In this document: positions 45,459-54,156 of the stretch, one piece after another
Numbering within the stretch: the stretch's first letter is position 1
Layout of the letters: each line of letters opens with the position of its first letter
Virus record (IMG/VR): IMGVR_UViG_3300022858_000345
Span: 1-64,000 of that record
Source of the DNA: a virus
Reading direction: 5' to 3' (one strand)
DNA: 64,000 nt
The notes under the pieces: generated by a model
Databases searched by the model: none
The model's input: the letters and a program-made list of their open reading frames with translations, nothing else
Told to the model about the DNA's origin: nothing
Position numbers and translations under genes: made by a program

Positions 45459-47411
45459 ATGTTTAAATTATCAATACCGATTACAAAGTCATTTCAGAAG
45501 AAGAATGGCAAATTTATTGTAGAAGGAATTGCTTCAGACCCAACAATAGATAGAGATGAAGAAAGATTTGATGAAGAGGCAATAGCAAAAATGGTTAAGG
45601 GAGTAAATGGAGGTAGTTTACCTATTAGAATTGAGCATGAAGATAAAGTTTATACAGATGTAGGTACTTGGACAAAAGCGTCAATGGTTGATGATAAATT
45701 ATATGTTAAAGGGGAAATAGATACTGAGATGTCACTAGGAAAAGATATTTCAGTTCTTTTAAAAAGAGGCACTCCTTTATCATTATCCGTTGGTGGTAAG
45801 GTTCTAGACGCAGTTTATGAATATGTAACTGAGTTAGGAAAGAATATCAAGATATATAAAGATGTAATTCTTGAAGAAATATCAGTAGTTAAAAACCCTT
45901 CTAATTATAATACTTCCCTAGCAATGGCTAAGTCTGTTGATTGGGAGAAAAGTAAAGACGAGGTTGAATACACTACACAAGCACAGCAATTGATTGATAC
46001 ATATAAGAGTATAAGTAAAATTGATGCTGATAAATTTGTTGAAGTATCTAAAGACGAGGAAGAAGTAAAAGCGACAAAAGATAGCTTTAATACTTGGATG
46101 GCTGAAGTAGAGCCTAAAGTGATTAGTCTTTTTAAAGATTATTATGAAGACGAATGTTATTGTGAAGATGAGTATAGAGGATTAACTCCTGAGGATTTAA
46201 AACTTATTGCTCAGTTGACTACTATATTAAGTGAAGTTGATTTACCTGATGATAATACATGGCCTGCAATATTTGATGATGATGCTTATTGGGAGAATTT
46301 AACAGAAGAGATGCAAATTGTTTTATTTAATAGAACAATGACAATGCCTCATCATAATACAGACTTTAGTGTTAATAAAGAGTTATTACTTTATCAATTA
46401 AAGAAAGTCGTTGACGGAGTTGGTTGGTATACACCTAAGGAATATACAGCTATCGTTAATCATTTATATATACATTTAAAAAAGTTACAAATTGTTAAAT
46501 CTAAAACTATGCTTGAAAAACCTAAAGACAATATGAGCGATATTAAAAAACATATCGCAGAACAAGATATCAGTAAGGAGCAATTAAACTTGTTACAAAG
46601 TTGCCATAACTTCTCCGTAGGCAAAACAACAGTAGTACCAAGTAACGAAGGCAAAGAAATGACAAAGGAAGAAATTGCCAAATGTTTTGAAGCTTATAAG
46701 GAACTGTTGAAAAGCCCACATTTTAATCAAATTATTAACCAATCAGAAACTATGGATAAAACAACTAAAAAGGTTGAAGAAAAAACTGAAGTAGAAGAAA
46801 CTCCTGTAAAGAAGGAAGAAACTACTGAAGAAAAAACTGAAACCACTGAGGTAGAAAAAGCTGACTCTGCAACAGAGGAAGAAGAAACTACTGAAGAAAC
46901 TTCTGAAGAAAAAGCTGACTCTGAAACAGAGGAAGAAGAAACTAAAGAAGAAGAAGTTGAGGAAGAAAAGGAAGAGGAAAAAGAAGAAGAAGTTGAGGAA
47001 AAGGAAGAAGAAACTACTGAGGAAGAAGCTCCAGTAGAAGATGCTGAAGTTGAGAAAAAACTTACAAAAAGCATCACAGCGAACGTGGAAAAAAGTATGG
47101 TAGCAAGGTTTGATAAATCTCTCAAGAAATTGACAGAAATTGTAGACGTTCTTGTTACAAAGTCAGAAGATGTTACTGCTACAGAGGACATTAACGGTCT
47201 TAAAAAAGACATAGGAGCTATTAGTGAGACTTTAGAATTAATGTCTAAAGCTTCATTAGGTCGTAAATCTTACGCTACTAACCAAGTGGTTGAAAAATCA
47301 TTTACAGAAGGAGCGTTAAATAAGACTGAGCAAGAACAAATTGATGCTGGCATGAAAAAAGGCGACACTTTTACTGAAGCTTATAAAGCAGTATTGGCTA
47401 AAAGAGTCTAA
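45459..47411 (+). CDS. HK97-type prohead protease fused to an acidic scaffold region
   Basis: VEGIASD..IDRD.E, EH, LSVGG, LEEISVV.NPSN; Glu-rich C-terminal part. Confidence 0.85.
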   Translation: MFKLSIPITKSFQKKNGKFIVEGIASDPTIDRDEERFDEEAIAKMVKGVNGGSLPIRIEHEDKVYTDVGTWTKASMVDDKLYVKGEIDTEMSLGKDISVLLKRGTPLSLSVGGKVLDAVYEYVTELGKNIKIYKDVILEEISVVKNPSNYNTSLAMAKSVDWEKSKDEVEYTTQAQQLIDTYKSISKIDADKFVEVSKDEEEVKATKDSFNTWMAEVEPKVISLFKDYYEDECYCEDEYRGLTPEDLKLIAQLTTILSEVDLPDDNTWPAIFDDDAYWENLTEEMQIVLFNRTMTMPHHNTDFSVNKELLLYQLKKVVDGVGWYTPKEYTAIVNHLYIHLKKLQIVKSKTMLEKPKDNMSDIKKHIAEQDISKEQLNLLQSCHNFSVGKTTVVPSNEGKEMTKEEIAKCFEAYKELLKSPHFNQIINQSETMDKTTKKVEEKTEVEETPVKKEETTEEKTETTEVEKADSATEEEETTEETSEEKADSETEEEETKEEEVEEEKEEEKEEEVEEKEEETTEEEAPVEDAEVEKKLTKSITANVEKSMVARFDKSLKKLTEIVDVLVTKSEDVTATEDINGLKKDIGAISETLELMSKASLGRKSYATNQVVEKSFTEGALNKTEQEQIDAGMKKGDTFTEAYKAVLAKRV

Positions 47412-47466
47412 GCCTAAAAAATATTAATATTATTATTATAGTAAAAATTATATAACAACTTAAATT

Positions 47467-48432
47467 ATGGATCTAGATCAAACATTAGCTAATGTAAAGA
47501 AAACACTATCAACTCCTGTTTATATACAGGGTGCGATTATCACAAGAGAAAACCTTTCAGGATTTGTTAACAGACTTACTGAAAAAGAAACGCCTATTAG
47601 AGACAGATTAATGCGTAAACCTGGTAGCGGACTTGCTGCTTCATGGAATGTTCTTACAAGTATGGGTGTAGGTAACTCTCCTTTTGCGGAAGGTGGTACA
47701 CCGACAGAAGACGCTTCAAACTACGCTAGAAGAAGTGCTATCTATAAAGAATTAGGTAAAACTAAATCTATTACAGATAAAATGCTTGCGGCAGGTAAGA
47801 CTTTCATGGATCAAGAAGCTGAACAAACAGAAGTAGCTATGAGAGAAGTAATTCAAGACGAGGAAAGCTTGATTGTTACGGGAGATAGTGGAGCAGTTGC
47901 TACCCAATTTGATGGGTTAGACACACTGATTACTACTAATCTTACGAATGATAACAACAACGCGCTTGGATTCAGAACTGACTTGCTTGATGCTGAGATC
48001 AGCAACCTTATTAATACTTACGGAGTAAGACCTACAGCAGTTTACTGCTCATACGGTATGAAACGTGCTATTAACCAAAGTTTAGCTGGTGATGTTCGTG
48101 TTAACATCAACCAAGGGCCTCAAACAGAACTAGGAACTGGATTAGACATTACTTATTACCAAAGTATGGTAGGTAAATTACCTATTGTAGCTTCATTTGG
48201 TATTGCAGACGATACTACTACATACGCAGGGTTCACAGTAGGTAGTATTTATATCGTAACAGAGAAATGGGCTGGTTCTGAAGTTTTATACATGGAAGAT
48301 TTATATGGTTTAGGAAAATCAATGCTTGACAGAACAGGAGCAGCGATTAAATTTATGGTAACTGAGGCAACAGTATTAGTGTGCCGAGCAGAAGAATTCC
48401 AAACTGTAATTTCGAATATTAGAATTGCTTAG
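47467..48432 (+). CDS. major capsid protein
   Basis: follows protease; E..LIVTGD....QFDGL pattern; biased codon usage; followed by a terminator-like hairpin. Confidence 0.85.
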   Translation: MDLDQTLANVKKTLSTPVYIQGAIITRENLSGFVNRLTEKETPIRDRLMRKPGSGLAASWNVLTSMGVGNSPFAEGGTPTEDASNYARRSAIYKELGKTKSITDKMLAAGKTFMDQEAEQTEVAMREVIQDEESLIVTGDSGAVATQFDGLDTLITTNLTNDNNNALGFRTDLLDAEISNLINTYGVRPTAVYCSYGMKRAINQSLAGDVRVNINQGPQTELGTGLDITYYQSMVGKLPIVASFGIADDTTTYAGFTVGSIYIVTEKWAGSEVLYMEDLYGLGKSMLDRTGAAIKFMVTEATVLVCRAEEFQTVISNIRIA

Positions 48433-48439
48433 TAGAATT

Positions 48440-48476
48440 TGTCAAGGGGGTGGGTAGTATCTACCCCCATTGGCAC
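48440..48476 (+). terminator. hairpin after the capsid gene
   Basis: GGGGGTGG/CTACCCCC stem with outer pairing. Confidence 0.55.
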
Positions 48477-48502
48477 AAATATTTAATTAAACATTTTAAA
48501 CT

Positions 48503-49120
48503 ATGAATAGAACGCTAAGAAAGCTATCACAAATTTTAGGTGGTATAGGAAAAGATTATATTGTGGATACCGTTCAAGGAGGGTTTCCCGTTATACAGTC
48601 AATGATTGATGTAGAAGCTGCGGAAGCGGCTGATGTGTTAACATCTACTGTATTAGCGGCAGCAGTCACTACAACGGTTGACGGATTAAGCGGAGAGCCA
48701 GATGCCTATAGATGTGTGTCTGTTACAGGTAATCAAGGTACAGTAGCAGGTACAGTAATTGTTCGTGGGTATGATTGGTCTCGACAAGTAGTAGAAGATC
48801 ACATAGTTGCCTCAGGGGTATCTACTGTGGAAGGAGTAGTTCCATTTGATGAAGTATTTGAAGTTGTTCTACCTGCAAGGGTAGCTTTGGCAGATGCAAT
48901 TTCAGTAGGTACTTCAGACAAATTAGGAGCGTATCGACCTGTTAAAGATTTTGCGGATATTAGTTGGATTCAATTAGAGAGAAAAGCGACTGGTGTAGGT
49001 GCGTATTCTGTAGAAGGTGCTCCACCAACAGTTGATTCAGAGTATGGAACTTTCAAACCAAATGGAGGTATAGTAGGAGATGATTCGTTCAAAGCGGCGT
49101 ATTTAACAGAGTTATTCTAG
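48503..49120 (+). CDS. virion structural protein (possible head decoration)
   Basis: position after capsid; V/G/T-rich. Confidence 0.55.
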   Translation: MNRTLRKLSQILGGIGKDYIVDTVQGGFPVIQSMIDVEAAEAADVLTSTVLAAAVTTTVDGLSGEPDAYRCVSVTGNQGTVAGTVIVRGYDWSRQVVEDHIVASGVSTVEGVVPFDEVFEVVLPARVALADAISVGTSDKLGAYRPVKDFADISWIQLERKATGVGAYSVEGAPPTVDSEYGTFKPNGGIVGDDSFKAAYLTELF

Positions 49121-49164
49121 TCCTATAGTATCCGTCTTTTTACATTAAAGGCGGATATTTAGGA
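49121..49164 (+). terminator. hairpin
   Basis: TATCCGTCTTT/AAAGGCGGATA stem. Confidence 0.5.
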
Positions 49165-49194
49165 GAGTATATAACTCATTTAACACTCAAAAAT

Positions 49195-49452
49195 ATGGCT
49201 GAAGGAGTAACAGGCTTTCGATCTATTACAATGACAACAATGATGCAGGACTATAATAGTCCAAAGATAAAAAAGTTTTTTGTCAGTGATGTAGATGGGG
49301 ACGCTACAGATATATATTATATTCAGGCGGCAGGAGTAGATGGAGAAAAATGTCTTCGTCAGAGGTTATCGTATATTACAGCAAGTGGTATTAAGAGCAT
49401 ACAAAAAGAAACTTGGGAATCTAGCGTATGGAGTAGTGCTTGGGATTTATAA
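49195..49452 (+). CDS. hypothetical structural protein
   Basis: ORF in the virion module. Confidence 0.5.
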   Translation: MAEGVTGFRSITMTTMMQDYNSPKIKKFFVSDVDGDATDIYYIQAAGVDGEKCLRQRLSYITASGIKSIQKETWESSVWSSAWDL

Positions 49453-49553
49453 AACAATTAGAGTACCCCGACCTAAAAAAAGTTTTTAGGTTTAGATTTC
49501 TGACTACAAGCTAACGCTTGCATACAAAATAATATTTTGATCACAGAAACTAT

Positions 49554-50102
49554 ATGAGACAAGTGATACACAAGGGACAACACCTTTTAAGACACAAAGC
49601 GGAGGAAGTAGGCTATCTGAATGCTACCTTAGGAGCTAGTATTAAGACTGTTAAAGACGCATTAGATTTGTTTGCGACTCTTAATATTAATTTTAGTTGG
49701 AAAGACCCCGTAGCTACTAAAGCGGCTTTACCTTTAACAGGAAATACTTTAAGTGATGCTAGAATGGTTCAAGATGATGGAGATGGTAATACGTCTTTGT
49801 ATGTTTGTATAGCTACTTCAGGAGATGTTGATGCACAATGGCAGAAAATAGCGGATGTAGATTGGGAAGGAGATATTAGTCAATTACAGAGTGATGTTTC
49901 TACATTGCAAGGTGAAATGGCGGCAGTAGAAATAGATGTTTTCGGGCTACAAAATGCAGTTAGTATATTACAGGGAGAGATGACTGATGTTCAGGAGGAA
50001 GTGATAGATAAGATGACGCTTACAATTAATGATGATTTATCTGGGTTATTATATCTTAGGGTTGGTGTTGGTAGTAAGATAGAAAATAGAACAACAAAAT
50101 AA
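49554..50102 (+). CDS. fibre-like structural protein with a coiled coil (paralog of 50119)
   Basis: N-terminus MRQVIHKGQH.LRHK shared with the next gene; heptad region. Confidence 0.6.
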   Translation: MRQVIHKGQHLLRHKAEEVGYLNATLGASIKTVKDALDLFATLNINFSWKDPVATKAALPLTGNTLSDARMVQDDGDGNTSLYVCIATSGDVDAQWQKIADVDWEGDISQLQSDVSTLQGEMAAVEIDVFGLQNAVSILQGEMTDVQEEVIDKMTLTINDDLSGLLYLRVGVGSKIENRTTK

Positions 50103-50118
50103 TTTAATAACTTAATTT

Positions 50119-51126
50119 ATGAGACAAGTAATACATAAAGGGCAACATCCATTGAGGCATAAATCGCAAGACGTTAATTATACTTATGCAGGACTCCCTT
50201 CATTAAAAACTGTTAAAGATGCTTTAGATACCGCTTTAGGAGTATCTTCTACATCTTGGAAAGCTCCAGTAGCCGATAAACCTTCCTTACCTTTGGCAGG
50301 TAATTCTATTAATGATGTTAGGGCAGAACAGTCAGGGTCAGCCATTTATCTATGTATTGCTACGGCAGGTGTTGTAGACGTACAATGGCTAGAGATTACT
50401 AGTCCAGGAGCGACATTTGATTTAGGAACGCCAGACGGTGCAATTTTAAAGAAGACAGGAGCTAATACAATGGGAGAAGTTACAGCTATACCAGAAAGCT
50501 TAATTGTAGCTAATCATGCTCTTTCAAGTTTTACTAATGATGCAGGGATACAAGAAAAAGGAGTAACATTAAATGCTTTTAATTTAAATTGGGCTTTTAA
50601 TAGAAATTCGGATGACCCTACTTCACAAAATATTACTCCAATTTCAGGAGCTTCTTGGACTAATCCAATTGCAGTGGCTTTGAGAACTATATCAGTAACA
50701 GGCGCGGCTTTAACAGCTCAACAAATTTATACTTTTGCGGGAGTTGGAGATGATACTACAGTATTATCAGGAAGTACGACTGTTTATTTTAGAAGTAAAA
50801 GATATTGGGGACCAAGTGGTACTGTATTAAATGCTTCAAGTACAGGAGCACAAGTTAGAGCGGCTCTTTCAGGAAGTGAATTTGGTACATCTAAAGCAGT
50901 ATCAAAGACTTTTGATGCTAGTGCGGGTAATCAGTATTTATACTTTGCTTATCCGAAATCTTGGGGAGCACCTTCAGGTACTCTTTTTGGAGGATTTGAA
51001 TTCTCAGATTATACTTTATATACAATAACTAACTTTGAGAATGCTAGTGGTCATACTGAAGATTATTATCTTTTGAAAACAAATGGTCAATATAATGGTT
51101 CAAGTTTGAATTGGGAAATTTATTAG
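50119..51126 (+). CDS. structural protein (paralog of 49554)
   Basis: shared N-terminal ~90 aa; beta-rich C-terminus. Confidence 0.6.
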   Translation: MRQVIHKGQHPLRHKSQDVNYTYAGLPSLKTVKDALDTALGVSSTSWKAPVADKPSLPLAGNSINDVRAEQSGSAIYLCIATAGVVDVQWLEITSPGATFDLGTPDGAILKKTGANTMGEVTAIPESLIVANHALSSFTNDAGIQEKGVTLNAFNLNWAFNRNSDDPTSQNITPISGASWTNPIAVALRTISVTGAALTAQQIYTFAGVGDDTTVLSGSTTVYFRSKRYWGPSGTVLNASSTGAQVRAALSGSEFGTSKAVSKTFDASAGNQYLYFAYPKSWGAPSGTLFGGFEFSDYTLYTITNFENASGHTEDYYLLKTNGQYNGSSLNWEIY

Positions 51127-51138
51127 TAACTAAACAGT

Positions 51139-53181
51139 ATGACGTTAATTCAAGGAATAAATGTAGGTGCTCCTGTAGTGCCTTACGACTCAGCAGATAA
51201 CCAGGCTTCCCATAGAGCAACTTATGGTGAGGGAGGTTTGCGAACAGTTACAAATAACACAAATAGAAACGCCATTTATGGTAATAGGTCTGAAACTGGA
51301 ATGATGGTGTATGTATCAGATGACGATAAATACTACAAATTAAAAAGTGGCTATACACCAGGAGGATTAGTAGATGCAGATTGGGAAGAATTAACTTTTG
51401 GAGGTACTTCTTATTGGCAAAGAACTGGTACAAATTTAAGCCCTCTTAATTTAGGTGATGATGTAGGTATTGGAACAGCTACTCCAGGTGAAAAATTACA
51501 AATTTATGGAGATAAAGCAGGTATGCTAGTTTGTGGTATTGAGAATCCAAGTAGTGATGCTGGGGTTGTAGTTGGTTCTTTATATAAATTAACTAATGAC
51601 GATTCTTTTTGGGCTGGAATAATGTTACTTAATAGTGGGTCTACTATAGGATCAGGTGCTTTTGCTAATTCTTTTGCTGTTTATAATCAAGGATATGCGG
51701 ATACTGTTTTTGCTGTAGATGGTAATAAAGATTTTGTATTTTATTCAGACCCTTCAGATAGTCATGATTTTTCTTCTTTAGCAAATGAAATCGCAAGATT
51801 AAAGGCTTCTGGAAAGTTTGGTTTGAGCGTAGCAATACCAAAAGCAGGGTTGCACGTAGCAGACGGGGCTACTTCAAATATAACTGAGGGATTATTAGGG
51901 GAAATGGCGATATCTAGTGCTACAATGCCTAGAATTTGGTTTGAAGATACAGGAGAGGGGGCAGGAGACAAGGTAATGGCTATTAGTTATTTTAATGAGA
52001 GAATAGAAATTTCATCTTTAAATGATGTAGGAGACACTTATGATAAACAAGGTATTTTAGTAATTGATAGAGATAATAAAGTAGGTATTGGGGAAACTTT
52101 CCCTGAGTATCAGTTAAATTTAGCATCCGCAACAGCGGACAATGCTATTATTTCACTTGACCAATATAATGATGACAGTAATCGTCCTCCTTATATTTAT
52201 CTTAGAAAATCGCATGTAGATAATATTGAAGGTTTGGTTTCTACTATAGATGAAGAGATGTTAGGAGGTATTTATGCTATGGGTGTAAATTCTTCAAATG
52301 CAAGAGATTTACAAGGCTCTGCTGGTATTTTATTCAGGCAAGTAGGAGCGGCTGGTACTTATGTAGGAGGAGAAGTTATATTTAAAACTAAAGAGAGTAC
52401 TGACATGGTACTAAGGAATAGAGTAGTAATTTCTGACACAGGTTTAGTGGGTATTAATACATTAACCCCAGATTATGCTTTATCAGTAGTAGGAGATGAT
52501 GCTACTACTAGTTCTATAGAATTACAAAGATATAGTAATAATGTTGGTGGTTCTGCTTTTAGGTTTAGAAAATTTAGAGGTACTATTGGAAGCCCAGCAC
52601 AAGTACAAGATGATGATTTAGCAGGAACTTTAAATTTTGCAGGTTATATAGATGGGGATATGAGAGATTTGGCATATTTTCATGCTCTAGTAGACGGTAC
52701 GCCTTCTGCGACAAGTTACCCTTCAAGATTTGAATGGTGGACGACTACAGAAAATTCTGTTAGTCCCGATAAGAAAATGGTTTTGACTAATGCTGGTCAA
52801 CTAGGGTTAGGTACAGCTACACCAGTAGCAGATAGTGAAGTAAATGGTTCTATTGGTTATAAAGTTACAACTGTCTCTGCAACTACTTATATTATTTTAG
52901 TTACAGATAATACTATTGAGGTTGATAGAACTGCGACTGATTCTGTTATTTTATACTTACCTAGTGCGGCTCTGTGTTATAATGCGACTGACGGCATAGG
53001 AATAAGATTTTTAATTAAAGATACAGGGTGTAATGCGGCATTAAAGAACATTACTATACAAAGAAATGGTAGTGATACTATAATTAATACTGCTCTAGCG
53101 CAAACATCACATCTTGTAAGTACTGATGGAGCGAGTGTTTGGGCACAAGCTATCAGTGCTACTGAATGGATAATATGTTAA
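51139..53181 (+). CDS. fibre / receptor-binding-like protein
   Basis: VGIGT.TP-type repeats; N-terminal ~100 aa shared with 54157. Confidence 0.65.
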   Translation: MTLIQGINVGAPVVPYDSADNQASHRATYGEGGLRTVTNNTNRNAIYGNRSETGMMVYVSDDDKYYKLKSGYTPGGLVDADWEELTFGGTSYWQRTGTNLSPLNLGDDVGIGTATPGEKLQIYGDKAGMLVCGIENPSSDAGVVVGSLYKLTNDDSFWAGIMLLNSGSTIGSGAFANSFAVYNQGYADTVFAVDGNKDFVFYSDPSDSHDFSSLANEIARLKASGKFGLSVAIPKAGLHVADGATSNITEGLLGEMAISSATMPRIWFEDTGEGAGDKVMAISYFNERIEISSLNDVGDTYDKQGILVIDRDNKVGIGETFPEYQLNLASATADNAIISLDQYNDDSNRPPYIYLRKSHVDNIEGLVSTIDEEMLGGIYAMGVNSSNARDLQGSAGILFRQVGAAGTYVGGEVIFKTKESTDMVLRNRVVISDTGLVGINTLTPDYALSVVGDDATTSSIELQRYSNNVGGSAFRFRKFRGTIGSPAQVQDDDLAGTLNFAGYIDGDMRDLAYFHALVDGTPSATSYPSRFEWWTTTENSVSPDKKMVLTNAGQLGLGTATPVADSEVNGSIGYKVTTVSATTYIILVTDNTIEVDRTATDSVILYLPSAALCYNATDGIGIRFLIKDTGCNAALKNITIQRNGSDTIINTALAQTSHLVSTDGASVWAQAISATEWIIC

Positions 53182-53199
53182 TAATTTTAATTTATATAT

Positions 53200-54135
53200 A
53201 TGGGAATGAATGAAAGATTAAATACTAAAGAGGATATGGTTATTACTGAGGGATTATTTTTAAGAGAAAATATCCCTAGTGATTTAGATATGCTTTATGA
53301 AAAAGGGATTGTTAGAAATGGGTTAGATTATTATTTTACATTTTCAAGTGGAAGTGTAACTCTAACTCCTGCTTCAACAGGTTTTGAAAAATTAGCTATT
53401 GTGCAAAAAACTAAAAATTCTAGTGCGCCTCCAGCTATTAAAGATGGGCCAGAAGTAGCGACTTCTACAACAAACATTGCGACAACATCTTCTTCACCTA
53501 CAGTAAGACCTTTATTTGTTAATGGAGCACCAGATATTTATAGGTATCATGGTTGGAGATATGCTAATACTAGCGGGACAAATCTTAAAATAAATTACCT
53601 AGAAACTAATTCAGAATCTAATTCAGGTACTATCGATATTAGTTTATATGCGGTACCCGATGATGGATTTAATAATCCTGATTGGGCTAATAAGGTACTT
53701 ATAGAAACAAAAGTAGGAGTAGGGGCAGGAACATTAACACAAACTTGGGCTGATTTCAGTATTGATCTTGATAATGGAAGTAATGTATGGATTGTTTTTA
53801 TAGGTTCAAATGCTTCCGATACTGATTCAGATTGGAATTTATATTGTGCTCAATCAGCGACTACGACTTTAGCGGCTGGAATAGCTACTATAAGTAAAAT
53901 ATCAGATGATAGCGGAGCTAATTGGAGTGCGGGTTTACCTAATAATGGTTCTTGGAAAACAGCTAAGTCAGGAGGGGTATCTTTAGTTTACCCAGATGCA
54001 GATACAGATAATGTTAATTTGTCTTATATAGGAGATTTGACAACGCCTATTGATGAGAATACTGATGATGTTGTGGTAGATGCGCCTACGGGGACTGAAG
54101 TACAATTTTTACCGATACACAAATATAGACTTTAA
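53200..54135 (+). CDS. putative structural protein
   Basis: S/T/N-rich beta protein within the fibre cluster. Confidence 0.5.
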   Translation: MGMNERLNTKEDMVITEGLFLRENIPSDLDMLYEKGIVRNGLDYYFTFSSGSVTLTPASTGFEKLAIVQKTKNSSAPPAIKDGPEVATSTTNIATTSSSPTVRPLFVNGAPDIYRYHGWRYANTSGTNLKINYLETNSESNSGTIDISLYAVPDDGFNNPDWANKVLIETKVGVGAGTLTQTWADFSIDLDNGSNVWIVFIGSNASDTDSDWNLYCAQSATTTLAAGIATISKISDDSGANWSAGLPNNGSWKTAKSGGVSLVYPDADTDNVNLSYIGDLTTPIDENTDDVVVDAPTGTEVQFLPIHKYRL

Positions 54136-54156
54136 ATTTATCAATAATTAAATAGT

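Noticed and set aside
46727-47212. 161-aa Ser-rich minus-strand ORF
   Set aside because: Reverse-complement shadow of the Glu-rich (GAA) scaffold region; no motifs
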